A stretch of DNA of 63,915 nucleotides, counting the filler, from Intoshia linei (lineage: Eukaryota; Animalia; Orthonectida), in assembly GCA_001642005.1 (NCBI GenBank). It is 8 parts of 8 records of this genome, joined end to end, with 100 filler letters (N's around TTAATTAATTAA, not from the genome) between each part and the next. Parts side by side here need not be neighbours in the genome. Positions count along the whole stretch, not along the records: positions 11,143 to 30,681 come from LWCA01000736.1; positions 30,782 to 50,515 come from LWCA01000717.1; 6 more parts are not named here. One strand, written 5' to 3'. A program made the translations under genes and the position numbers. The notes beneath the pieces were generated by a model. It was given only the letters and a program-made list of their open reading frames with translations. It had not been told where the DNA came from and searched no databases. Below, in pieces: positions 24,701 to 38,270 of the stretch (positions within the stretch are counted from its first letter, which is position 1; every line of letters starts with the position of its first letter).

Positions 24701-27071
24701 AGATTAAGTTGTATCATAATCTTTTTTTAATTGTAGAACCGTTAATTATTTAAAATTCTTTGTTCGAAATAAAAAAATGAATAATAATGTGCTTTCTTGA
24801 CCATGAAAGCGTCACTTTATCAGATTAAAAATTTTTGCGTGTTAACTGGATATAACTATCATCTGTTGTTTTTTTTAAATTGTTATTCTAGTGCTGTTTT
24901 TATTTTTTATCAAAATGGTAATCAGTGCTTTTTATGGTTTTTCCATTCCCGGAAATTATATGATACTGAGCCGAAATGCTATTTTTAATTTGTGATTTAA
25001 TTGCTTATCGTTATCTTTAATCGTTATCAATACCGCGCTATCATTTCTTATCAAAGTATACTTTTTTACATTTAAATTATATATAAGTTTTTTGAAATGA
25101 ACTTTACTTCTTTTGAAATCAACATTACTTTTTTTGAAATTAACCTTTAAAATTTAAATGGTGTAGAAAAAATTTTTAAAAAATACGATAATTATAATTC
25201 ACATAACGTCAAAAAACATTTCCACGGACCCGCATTTGTGGAACTGGTGGGTTAATATTTGACAGATTATTTTGCACTTCTTAAAAGTGTAATGTAAATT
25301 TTTGAGGCACCATTGAACACTGGTTGTTGTTAGTCTTATATTAATATTATTTCGCAAATACCCTATTTAGAACTTCTTTCTTTAATTTAATTTATTTTTT
25401 ATTTCCGGTGTAATTTTACTAACCCTACATCCTCGTGTATTTTCTTCAATTCGTCCTTCTCGTCCACTCCTCAGTCAATAATATTGACTGAAAAAGGTCA
25501 ATTTTGAGAATTTTGAAGCGTGCAAGGCTCTAACCTGAAAGTTCCAGTATTATTGGAAACGTTGGTTAATTTATTATTTTATTCATTTGTTAATATTAAA
25601 TTAAATATAATTTTTTCGTCAATACAATCATGATTCATGATAAATTATTTCTTATAACCTGCGGTTTTCTTTCATAAATCTTATGCAATAATAAATATTT
25701 TCAATTGACACTAACAGATAACTATTTTACAAATTGCATCCAAGTGAGATAATGATGGAAAAAAAGATGAGACAAAATTATCAGTCGTAAACCTAATTGT
25801 GACACATATTTAATAATTTATATTTTGAATTACAAACTGATAATTTGATGCCTCAAGCTTTAATTAAAAATTGAGCAACAGCGCACTGCAGTGGTAATGA
25901 AATCATATTTCTAATTAACCTCGAGTAGAATTTGTTTCGTCACTGTAAAAATTAGCGAATGTATTGAACGACTCGTCAAAAAATTTTATAAGTTAAGTCT
26001 TCGACTGTATTACAAATCTTTGTCTAGTTATAATTATACCAACTCCAGTTAGACAAATTTGATTATATTCAATTAATATTATTTATTTAAAAATGTAATA
26101 CATTATAAAAGGGATATTTACAATTGTTATTAACTACCTTATTAAAGTTTTGGAAAGAAAAAATGATTAATATGTATCCACGTAAATATTAACTAATAGA
26201 AATAATCAAGTTTATTATGCAAATTAAAATTAAAATAAAATCGTACTAAAATTATCAACACATTTAAATATAAATTCAAACCTATTAAATAAATTGAAAA
26301 TATTAAGCCGAAGCGCTATAACTTTTATATTTTACAAAATGTAAACAAAATTAAAATTGTACTACATTGTTATAACGGATGAATGCATCGGAACGCCATA
26401 TAACAGCGACAATAATGTATACGAATACCAATGTATTTGATAATTAGATAAGCCAATAATCAATCTCTCATACGCTCATAATAGAGCATGTTTTAAAATT
26501 AAGACAGACGCAAATAAATTTGGTATTTATTTCATTGTTAAAAATATTCTATAGAAACAAATGTAATAGTATAAAAAAAGTTCCAAAGTTAAAACGTTAA
26601 TAAACACATGAAATGTAACTATTTTGAAATAATTTTTTTTGTATTCATTATATACTGACAACATTTACACCTAGTAAAAATTTAAAAAAAAAACGTTCAA
26701 TTTTAAGAATATTAACAGAATTTCACCAAATGCAATTATTATGGCAACATTTTAATGTGACCGTCGCAACTGCATTTGTTTTCTAGCTGCTTAGCATTCG
26801 TTTCACTTAGCAATTTTGGAATTTTTTCATTTGATTAGAAACAAGTAACCAGTGAACAAGTTACCAGGTTTTTAAAATTACTAATTTAGAATCAAGACAA
26901 CACTATTTTTGTCCAGTTTTAGGGGTTTGTTGAGAGTTTTTTAATAATTAAAATATTTTTCGTGTTATTTTACACCCGTATGATTCATTTTAAATTTAAT
27001 GTTACTGCATGTTGTCTTGCCAACATACGTATTAACCGTAAATTATTTAAAATATTTTAGCAAAATTTACA

Positions 27072-27359
27072 ATGTCGGAAGAAATTGATAGAAATTATAA
27101 TGTATTCACTATTTTTATGGTTTATGACTCCTTTTTTAGAATACCAACGATATGAGCATGTCAACACCAGCTCAAATGGTAACCATCAAACAAGAAGTTA
27201 TACCAACAGACATGAGCATAAACCGGGTGCCTAATGACGGTAACATTATCGAAAATGATAATAACCCCATTACATCCCAACAACAAATGACTAATGTAAA
27301 CAATAATTCACATGTTAGTTTGGCACCCAATAATTCGAATGGCGGATATATGTATGCAA
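27072..27359 (+). CDS. 5' exons of an unidentified gene (low-complexity N/Q-rich N-terminus with IKQE motif; possible transcription factor)
   Basis: Exon 27072-27101, 38-nt intron, exon 27140-~27351/27359 in frame; downstream exons not found before the gap at 30682. Confidence 0.6.
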
Positions 27360-30300
27360 GTAAGTTTACTTTTAAAAACTAGTTTTAAACTGGTTTATTA
27401 TTATAATTATTTTTTCATATTTTTTAATTTTCCAACCATTCGATTTTTAATGAAAGACAATCTGAAACCAGGTAATTTTTCTCATTTCCCTCATTTTAAA
27501 TAACTTTTGTTTATTGTAATTGTTAACATTTCCTGATTTCAATATTTATAAACATTGTCAGTTTGAGTGTTACTGATTAGGTGAATTCTTTTGAATCCAC
27601 GATACATTTTTACTCTTACATAAATTTAAACCATTTTTTATACAATTTCAGAAACTTAATTGTAATTAACAAATAACTAAAGACAGACAAAATGGTTGCC
27701 TTTAAAATTTGTTCGATTTATACAGATTAGTTCAGACTAGACATTTATTCCATATATTACGGTAGGAAACTAATAACCTTATTGAATTGTTCTTATCGAT
27801 TTTATTTTTTGTTATCACGATCGTGCGTTATTTAGATACGACTAAATCTTGATTGATTGACACCATTATTGATTTTTTAAAATTATCATTTACTTGTTTA
27901 TTTTCTTTAGACAGAATTTTAATTATTTTTTAAATATATCAATACTTCAATCCACAGCTGTGTAGTGTTATATATATAATATTACATTTACTATTTTTAT
28001 GATTAATTATGTTTTATCTTGGGTTCTGAAAATTCTTAAAACGTACAATGACTACTGTTTCGATTTGACTTTATGCATCATTTATTATTGCCGTAAACGG
28101 ATTCAGTTTAATTGTATTATCAATGCATTCAAAGTTCACAGTAATTAAAAATTGCTCAAGTGGAAACTATAGTATTTTTTCAGTTTGTTAGTACATTATC
28201 AATATTCACCAGTGCGTTGCAACGTGTTGTAAGTATCACATTTTCTGTTAATTATGTAAAAATTTGTAGTGCTAAATTGCTGACTATTCATTTTTTTCTG
28301 ATTAGATGTCATATTTTGTTTTATCTACCCTAGTAAACTTTTTTTAATTTTAATCTTGTGTCATTAGTTTTAATTTATTCACATGTGACTATTATATGTA
28401 TTCATATTCACAGCTTCGTTGTCAATGATTTGTTTCGTATATAATGAAATTTATTTAATGAAATTTATCAATGCTAATTCTAGCCTGAGTGGTTTTAAGA
28501 GATGATACGAATTGTAAAAATTTTCAAATACAATGATTTGTATGCATGACGGAATGTAACAAGTTGTTTTTTAGTGATAGTAAAGTATTAAAAGGGATAC
28601 TTCTAAATCTTCTACGTTCTAAAATTTACGGTAAACTTAAAAAAATATGTTTATTATTTTCTATTGGGAGTGTTATATTTGTATACAACCTTCCAATGCA
28701 ATGGTTTCATGTAGCCTAGATCTCACCATAACAATACATGTTATATGCTAAGGTTTAGATAACTTTTAGACTGACATGAATTGATAGTTTTTTATGTTTT
28801 CAAAAAATGGAACTTGGGAAGCTTTCATACAATTTATTAAGTATAGTTAAAACTAAAAATTTTTATTAAAACGTTACATACCACTATAATTTCAAACTGA
28901 TACATTTATAGAATGAATAATTGACTACTTAGCATAATAACCTTCAATGAAAACGGATTTTTTAAATTTGTAGATTCTGTACTCACTTAACCTTTTATAT
29001 ACTCATTTTATTGACATGAAAATTACCTAAATATCTTTATTTAAAAATATCCTATTTCATTATATACTTTTTCATTCTTCATGTAAATCGATGTCATATT
29101 TTTTGTACAAATAAATGTTAATGTGGTGATGTACGTAGTTACAGGTTGGTTTTCAAAGCTACGCTTATATCTTAGTTATGTTTTTGTAAACATCCAACTC
29201 AATTTAGACCTCGATTGTCATGAATATTATTCATATTCTAATGTGTCCTAAAAATTATTTTAATGTTTACATATTTTATCGTTATTATGGTAAAATTATT
29301 AATATAAAACATTATCTGTTACATGTTAATTCAAGTTGGAATTACGTTCATTCTATTTACTGTAAAAATGTTTACTGCACCTTTTTAGTGTTTTAGTTGA
29401 TATATTAACCAATCATTTGAAGTTATTTTATTATGATTAAATTTTGATAAACTATATCGTGGTCGATCAGTAATCAGATAACATTACTATTATGATTATT
29501 TTATAAATATTGATTGTCTATTCATTAAAAATCAAAAGATTTATATTTTAAAACACTTAGCATTATTAACTGTTGGTAGTACTTTTAACATTTTATTTGA
29601 ATTACCATTGTTAATTTCACATATTCCACTATCATTAAGACGCGAGTAATTCCTAAGAAAAATTTTTACTTTAATATTGATAACTTCCGTTTCAATACTT
29701 TAATGTAACTTTTATAATACAAACTATGATTAGATGTATTGCCCACGGCAGCACATAAACACTCTCACGGCTACACGTTGTGCACCCCTGAGTTAGACTG
29801 ATTGTACCATTAGTGAAATTTAAGTTCTGAAAAACACCTATGTTTTTATTTCTATCGTACGAAACTTTTCAATATGCTTAAACAAATATTAACAAACTAA
29901 ATTGTAGAATTAAATTTCAACATAAAAATTATATTTTAGCCAATATAGTACTTTTAAACTTTAAATTCGATTTATCAAAACTATGATTATGCAAATAGAA
30001 CATTATAACTCCATAAATGGGTAGTAAATTTTTAATGTGTTGGGCCAAATTATCAGAATCTACCATCATTAGGTTGAACACCCTGCTCTAACAAATATAT
30101 CTTGTATTTCGTCGTTTTACTAAATTTAGTTGTATTATAATAACTAGGGACACTTTTAGCCAATCACTTTACGAGTTTACTTGATTAATTTACTTTGTCA
30201 ATCATTAAAACGTTATCTTTGATTGATTGAAATTTAAATTGAACTTACTTCGATCATCGAAGTTTGATGTGCCATTTTTGTCGAAACTTTACTTTTTCCT

Positions 30301-31356
30301 TCCTTAACCCATATACTCCCAGTGTGACCATACGGTCACACAACATTACATTTATAAAAACACGTATCAAATTGAAACAAAGTTAATTAAATATGAAAAA
30401 TTAAATTAATTAGTATATTATATAACATTCGAGTATATTAGTTATGAGTTTTTATCGATTAGCCTCCTGTGTCACTGACAGTGTGCCAAAATCATTTTTC
30501 AAAACAAAAAATTCACTGAAAAAATTTTTTATGTTTTTTTGTTAAAGTTGTGATAACTGAATTTAATGAATACCACATGATGAATTCATGTATTGGCTAC
30601 AATTTGATGAAATAATTAAGTATATTAACGATGCGGTTTTATATATACACGCTTTTATTTGCCTTATTCTCCCAATGTGAANNNNNNNNNNNNNNNNNNN
30701 NNNNNNNNNNNNNNNNNNNNNNNNNTTAATTAATTAANNNNNNNNNNNNNNNNNNNNNNNNNNNNNNNNNNNNNNNNNNNNATTTCAAAAGTGAAATTTT
30801 TTGCTTTCAATTTTGAAAATCAGCAGTCTCGTAAGGGTTAACATTGTAAGTTAAAAATAGCTTGTGGCCAGCCAAATAATTTACAAGAATTAAAATCTTC
30901 AATAGAAAAGTATTGGTATGAAACAAGCGATGATCTTTGCCAAAAGCTTGCTTTAAGTTTCAAAAAGAGTTCATTAAAACTCTACACAACAAAAGAAAAA
31001 CATTTCGAAACATGAAATTGTTAAATAAATTGTTTTTTATTATTGCGTAAATACTTGTTTATCAAAAACAATTTATGTGAATTTAATTAATTAAGTAGTG
31101 ATCAATTAAGAATGAAAAATGGAAAATTATACTGATAAGAATACGAATGTAGTATTTTCTTCTTGAGTGATATACAATATTTGAAATATCGTCATTGAGT
31201 CAAAAGTTATGGGCATATTAATAAATGAGTAAATAATTCTTTACTACACTCTACCATACATACATATGTAATGTAACATACATTACACGTATAATACAAA
31301 TGTATATGTAAGTATGGATATTTATTGATTACATGTATATGAAATTACTATTGTAG

Positions 31357-33451
31357 ACTGTCCCTGCTATGATGACTTTATTATCAGCTCTAAAATTATA
31401 CAAAGATATGCCAGATTACAATGACTGCATCATCTTTGAACTGTCAATTAATAGAAATAATGAATATTTTATAAATTTGAAATACAGAAAAGGCAACTCT
31501 ACGAATTTACAAAACATTGATATACCAGGTACTATAAATTATTTTTTTATATAAACTAAGTGGAGAATATTCATCTAATAAATACAGTTCACGACATATC
31601 ACGACAGTCTTAGGCACCCTACACATTTTCATTAAAAACCACTGTAAAGTTGAAACTTGAACTTGAAATTAAATATCAGACTAATTAAAGAATGATCTCA
31701 CCAATATATAACCATACTTATGTCATAAACTACCTATAAAAAGATACATTTTAATACGCTTTTGTTTGCGATATTAAAAATATTGACGACATACGTCTTA
31801 GGCACCTTGATAATTTCAATTAAACTTAATTAAATATCGATAAAAAATAAAACATAATGAATTACTAATGATCTATACATTAAATAAAACTATTTGTATA
31901 ATAAATTACGCGAATAAATGACAAAAAAAGATACAATGCCGTGTCTTAATACAAGATAGAACTATATTATATATCAATATCAATATATTATCTTTTTCAG
32001 GGTTTTATAAGTAAAACCTTTAGTATTTATCGATGTGTGTTTCAAAATATTATTAAAAAATACAAAAAGTGGTTATGCATAGCTTACGTGCCTAGATCAG
32101 GTTGAAAATGCATGCTAACAGCCAGAGAAGATACTATTATAATAAGGGAATCAAAGAAAAATCCTTTCTTGACAACATTAAAGGCTAAAATAAACTTTAG
32201 TATTTCAAAAAGGCATAATTTAAAGACGGTGCAACGTGTGTAAAAACGATTTGATTGAGAACAGATTTGTGTAAAAAAGATACTTTTTTAGAGTTGTTAA
32301 ATATTTATTTTTGATTATAAACTAGATATGATATAAGAAAATGTTTAAGCTCATGAACCAGGATAGTTATGATTAATTAAAATTGGGGTGCCGAAGACTT
32401 ATGTCGGGAACTGTATTTTAAATATACTGTAAGACCTCTCAATACCGCAATTTTGGTATTGATATATTTATGACGGTATTGAGATAATAACGTTGTAACG
32501 AATATATCATGGATGCGGTTACTATGCATTAATAAACCGTACTAATATATAGTAAAATAATAATAAATATAGTGACGGTATTGAGAGGTCTGACTGTACT
32601 TTTTATGCTAATTTTAATTAATTTAATTAAGATTTAACAGTGTATACTTCAACCGTTTTCATATTTTTTTTAATCAAAACTTCACATGTGAGGCTGTTTT
32701 TTTCGAAATTAATTTTTAGGCTAAATTTTAGACAAGTTATTTAAAGATGTTTACCTTAAATAATTTTGAAAAAATTTCTTGAATTTTTGTTAATCAACCT
32801 TAAAAAGTGTTTTCAGGATGTTCATTATTTTTTTTATTTAATTCTACTTCAAATTTAAAATGAATTGGCTTGTTAACCAAATCACCAAAAAGTAATCACT
32901 TTTCAAAAGGTGAAGTTTATTTGTGCATATAATTTTATTTTTCATATTGTAATTTATTTATTAGGTTGTGAATCTCCGTGTCAGTATTTAATATTTAGAC
33001 ATATTTTTACAACATACCTTCATGTCAATTATGAAGAACTTTTTTCTCACTATACTAAAAACGGCAAAAACGCTAAAAGTAAGTTATAATTTTGTATTAT
33101 ATATTTGATGATATTAAATAGTATTAAAGCAGGTATCTAAACCATTTATTACCGCGGCCACTTAAAATCTAATTTCTAAGAAACTTTATCAAAATGTAAC
33201 TATATTATTTTTGTATTCTTACCTGCCTATTAGATGTTTAATTAGGACCGGTAGTGATACACGTATCTAAATTTTGAAACTGCTGGATTATAAATACAAT
33301 ATTTAAATTTTTAACCCCTAATATTAATATTTTTTTAGATTTTTGGCTTGTTACTTTCTCAGTAATGACTGCAAACATATTCCTAATAATATTAATAATG
33401 TTTCTATATTTTATAAATTTGAATCTTCGAAGAAATATGAAAATATATTAA
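31357..33451 (+). CDS. 3' exons of a lysosomal/prostatic-type histidine acid phosphatase homologue with C-terminal TM helix (5' partial)
   Basis: Exons 31357-31528, 32965-33078, 33339-33451: ..LLSALKLY..PDYNDCIIFEL....YFINLKYR....IDIPGCESPC...F, then a hydrophobic helix and RRNMKIY*. Confidence 0.75.
31585..32413 (+). mobile_element. Tc1-type deletion derivative in an intron
   Basis: TA|cagttcacgacata..gtcttaggcaccc / gggtgccgaagacttatgtcgggaactg|TA; HTH remnant LTAREDTIIIRESKKNPFLT. Confidence 0.8.
32427..32596. mobile_element. Tigger/pogo-like MITE
   Basis: TA|ctgtaagacctctcaataccg ... cggtattgagaggtctgactg|TA. Confidence 0.8.
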
Positions 33452-33479
33452 ATATTGTTAAAGTAATTCAATAAAACAT

Positions 33480-36400
33480 TCATTTATTTTTTAAAAAATT
33501 AATTAATTTTTTTGCTTCACTTAGGTCAATTTTATTTTTCAATCCATTCACTTCATTATAAGACGTGTTATAAACACTAACATATCCACTGTGATCAAAC
33601 ATTTTTTGCTTTTCAATATTATTAGTTTTAGGCAAAAACGGTTTTCTACGTGGACAAAATTTAGGCTGAAATTCTTGTTGAGTTATAGACGTGAAATTTT
33701 CATTGCATTTTTCATTTTGGGATAAATTTATTGTCAATTTTTTCATAGTTTCGTGAAAATCACCATGCTTTTGACGAGGTTTCGGTTTCCAATTTCTGTA
33801 AAAACTATTATTACAAGTTTCGTAAGTCATTGCAGGCAAGGATTCAGGTATGGTATTAATTTCACTTTTTATCAATTTTTTATTTTCAATTAGTTTTTTC
33901 AAATCATGCGTTATGAATTCAGTCTATTTTATAAATTTTAACACGTATTAAATTTTAACTTTTACCTCTGTTACAGTTTTTCCTGTATTGTATGGGGCCG
34001 ATACATATTTATCGGGATATTTTTTAACTATGTTTACTTTGTAGTTTTTCGGTTCTAATTTTTTGTATTGTTTTCTGTTTTCTGTTTCAAAATTGTTACT
34101 AAATTAAAAAAATTATAATACATACCATTACAGCGTCAAATAACAAAACTCGTCAATAATAAATTTTTTAATAGTGAATGATTTTTTGTAAAATTGTAAC
34201 TACGCCTCTGTAATGATTGGCAGATAAGAACTCTGATAAGTTCATCTTAAATAAAAAGATGTCCAAATCTCGAATCGAACCTAGCCACGCAGAATACAAT
34301 TATATGACTATAACTACTCTGCCAGTTAGACATCACAAGTGAGCTATATCAAAAGTATATATGCAAATCTCGATTAGTATGATAGCGATATATCACTACA
34401 GTTAATATTTTTATTATATTTTATTTTTTAGGTTATTTTATTTTTAATTTGTATTAATAATAATTTGTTTATTATATTAATTTGTTTGTAATTTGTTTTA
34501 ATTTGTAAACTGATAAAAAAATTATAATGCATTGCATTGCATTTTTCTTGGCTGTTGATAAATATTGATAATAATGCAATTAACATTGGAGGTTTCTCGA
34601 AAAAATAAAAGTTAAAATGTATTATGCATCAATATAAATTGAACTCAAAAAAAATGATTTTTTTCTTTTTTTTTACAGAATTGACAACTCATTGTAGTTT
34701 TTGAATGTTTTATATGATCAATTGCATCATATCCTATTAATAAGGTAAAAATTTCCAATAGATTGGTGTATTCTTTCCTCCAGATTGATTTGTTTTTAGC
34801 TAGCCCAAGGATACATTTATTTTATGATCATGATGTTTCATCAATATCGTTATAATTCCACGTAGCTACGAAGACATTTCGAACACAAACAGTAATCATA
34901 TGGACATTTTCTTTCCTGGTCAGATTACTCTTTGATATAATATATTTTGAAGGATTACCTTTTATTATCAGGTTTTAATTTAATAAAAATATAAAAATAT
35001 ATGAATAAAAAAAGCTCAGAAATACTAATATAAAACGAGCAAATCATGTAAAAGTGAATTCTTTAGTATTAAATTAAATTACTTCAAATTGTAAAAACTT
35101 ATTGGGAAACCTCCATTGTTCTATTTTAGAAGCAGCGGTTTTATTTAATTGTTTTATTAAAATTTATGACCGAGCCAAGTTTCTAGTCATAAAAAAAAGC
35201 TTTACATTTCAAATTGAAAATAGTATAAAAAATCAGTCAATATACATGATTCTATGAAACATCAACCAAGGGATATAAAATATTAATTTTTCAGAGGGCT
35301 GATAGATAATATATATTTTTATTGATTTGATAAAAAATGTAGTAAACAATTAATAGTGTACTGTAAACAATACCTGAAAAACATGTTTTATTTCTGGAAC
35401 ATTGACGGGTTAAAGGTTAATATTAATAGTTCATCAAGTTTATTATCTCACAAAAATAGAATACTCCATGTCATTTGACCATCATTTGTTTCACCCAAAT
35501 GTAGTCATTCATTAAAAATTGTCATTATTATTAATTTTTTTGGAGGTCCACAGGTTTTTTGTAATATCATCTTAGTGGTCCACAGCGAAAAAGAGTTGAG
35601 AATGCCTGGTGTGAAGAACAAGGACAATTTTGGTATTAAAGCTGAGATTTTTCTATAATTGGGAACCGACACCAACATTCAAATATATTGATATTACGCT
35701 GTCTGTACATTCTACATTATACACAAAAGTTATTTGTGAGATGTCTGTGCATTCTATGTTATGCACAGTAGAATAATAAAAAGCGTCTTCGAAAACATCT
35801 AAAAACATTCTTTTAAGCTTAATATATTTTTATATTGGTTTTTTAAATTAAAACATAAATTTGAGACGTGTGGTGATAGTAGATAAAATTGCACGTGACA
35901 GCGGAAGGGTTAAATAAATATACAGTGAAGCCTCCATCATTGGCCTAAAATGGGACCTCGAAATTTCAGGCCAATAATAGAAACGTCATTGAATATAAAC
36001 ATTTCGATAAAAATAAGTAAATCGTATAAACAAATAAATAACCTGCATGTATTTTTGATATTAATACTGGTGTGTGGAGGAGAAAGTTTTGAATATAAAG
36101 GATTTTCCAAGTGTTTTTCTAGTGACACATAATCTGCTGCAGTTTGTGATTGACCATTAAAAGGAACGCGTGTTGCAGAATGATAAGATTCTTGATTTGC
36201 GTTTTTCTTTACAATATTTTGATATTGATAATTTGAATTTTCAATTAATTTATAGGAATTGGAAGTTGTAGTTTGAAAATCAATATTTCCTTCAGTCAAA
36301 GTGTTATTTTCAATTGGTCTGATTGCATCAACTTTAGAATATTCCTTTTTTTTAAAATTTGATTGTGTAGTTGTTTCAGGAATTTTCAGTTGTATTTCAG

Positions 36401-37133
36401 AATTTATCAATGATTTTCCAAAAGATGGTAATTCACAAAATCCGATATTTTTTTTGTTTTTATTCCATTTCTTGAAGGAAGATTTAGTTGTACTACAACC
36501 GATGAATTTAGGAATGTGCACTTCTTCATCAATTTTAGTAGTGTGTTTAGATGTAATTATTGGTTTAATTGCTTTTGGATAAAAATCTTGATTATATAAA
36601 GTTTGACCTATGAATGGTTCATTACTTTTTTCATAAGTTTCTTTCTAAAATATTTATATTTATTTATAATTAGTTATAGTAAGGTATAGTATAATTTAAA
36701 TTGATACAATGGCAAAAGGTAGTCTTTTTTCCACTTTGTCAAGAATTGGACCAAAATCAAGCTTTGATCGTGTTTTGTAATTTTCATCCAAAGATACTTT
36801 TTGTGGTCTAAGAGATTCTAATGTTTGATTTCCTTCCATGTTCAATTTTTTTGTACTTCTAGGCCTAACTTTATATTTTGGAGTGTATTTACAATCATAT
36901 TCAGTTTTTGGTTGAAATTTTTCCATATTATTCAAACCTCTTTTTTCTTTGGATCGAGGTTTTAAACTGGATGAATTTTAAATAAATGTATTTATATTTA
37001 TAATTTACCTTTTAACAGTTTTTATATATTTTATTTTATCGTTAAGAATAGGAAATTTTTGTTTCCAATTTCGATTTTGTATCATTAATAATTTCAGTTC
37101 ATTATAATCGAGCGGTAGTTTTGACATATTCAT
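33480..37133 (-). CDS. SAXO/FAM154-like axonemal microtubule inner protein (Mn-motif repeats), about 520 aa
   Basis: Exons 37133-37009, 36966-36708, 36644-36043, 34098-33966, 33923-33480 splice in frame. Repeated F..T.Y..DF/Y...P motifs (GQTLYNQDFYPK, FQTTTSNSYK, FNGQSQTAADY, TSITQQEFQPK, SVYNTSY). Confidence 0.75.
34260..34330 (-). other. Degenerate tRNA-like/SINE head (Pol III A and B boxes)
   Basis: Minus strand tggcagagtagtt ... ggttcgattc about 30 nt apart; no clean cloverleaf. Confidence 0.3.
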
Positions 37134-37353
37134 TTTATTTTAAGTGATATTATTATAATTGTAAAGTGTTAATTTTGATTAGTTTATATTAGTATTCTTG
37201 TCGTTTCATAATGATTAAATAAATACAAGAATAATTAAAATAAAAACAATTATAAAGATTAAAGTAGAACAGTGTGTTAAAATCGATTGTATTTATTTTA
37301 TATTTCATTATGATTCATTTTTCTTTCAACAGTATCTATTTTGATATATTATT

Positions 37354-37367
37354 GTTGCAATGATTAC
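37354..37367. promoter_or_regulatory. RFX X-box-like motif upstream of the SAXO-like gene
   Basis: GTTGCAATGATTAC about 220 nt upstream of ATG 37133. Confidence 0.4.
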
Positions 37368-37516
37368 ATAGATTTAACAAGGGCAAACTAATGTTTAATG
37401 TATACACTTTATCAGTTTATTGTTGTAAAATGAGTCATTTTTACATTTTTAATTTGATTATTTAACCTTTAAAAGTTTAACTTTTAGTTATGATATCATA
37501 ATGGTCTTATTATAAG

Positions 37517-38270
37517 TAGGGCCGTTTTTTATCGCAAAATGCCATTTTTTATATGATAATCAACACAAAATTACAAGCATCATTGTATCAATATCATGTT
37601 TATTAATTAGCTAATTAACAATTTATAAAGTCAATAAATGGCATTAAATGCCATAAAGTAAGTTTTTGTTTAAATGCCATAAAGTCAATATTTTTTTTAA
37701 CGGATATTCGACTTAAAAAAATGATATTTATGATATAATGAACAATAAAATTGAACATATACCACTTTATCTATACAATTTATTAAGAAAAGCGCCATCT
37801 ACCATAAATGGTGTTGAACCGAGTTTCAGTTTGTTAAAAAAATTGCTAACTAAACAGAGGCAATTTTTATCAGATATGTTAAGAAGTATATTATGTTATA
37901 CATTATATTATGTACTACAATACACACTAATAATTTTCAACATCACACAATGAGATTTACATCGTTTGTTTCATTTGCAGTTCCTTGTTATTCATATTTA
38001 TTATAACACGCATAAATATTCCTTATTTTAAGTTTTATTCATATTAATTTATTATGTAAAGTGACCGACACCATCATGATCGGGGCCTATGCGAATATTA
38101 AAATTAAGGTGTATTAAATATTGTATTGATTTAATTTAAGGCCTACGAAAGGAAGGTTTGGGGTATCGTTTATTCAGTTTTTGTTAACCATACAAACAAA
38201 CAAAAATTATAAAGTCAGATAAAGTCAGTAAATTTCATTTTTAGGTCAGTTTTTTTAAAAAATTGCCCTA
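37517..38270 (+). mobile_element. hAT-superfamily deletion derivative
   Basis: TIR tagggccgtttttt / aaaaaattgcccta; TSD attataag/attataaa; C-terminal transposase remnant APSTINGVEPSFSLLKKLL..RQF (ORF 37738). Confidence 0.75.
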
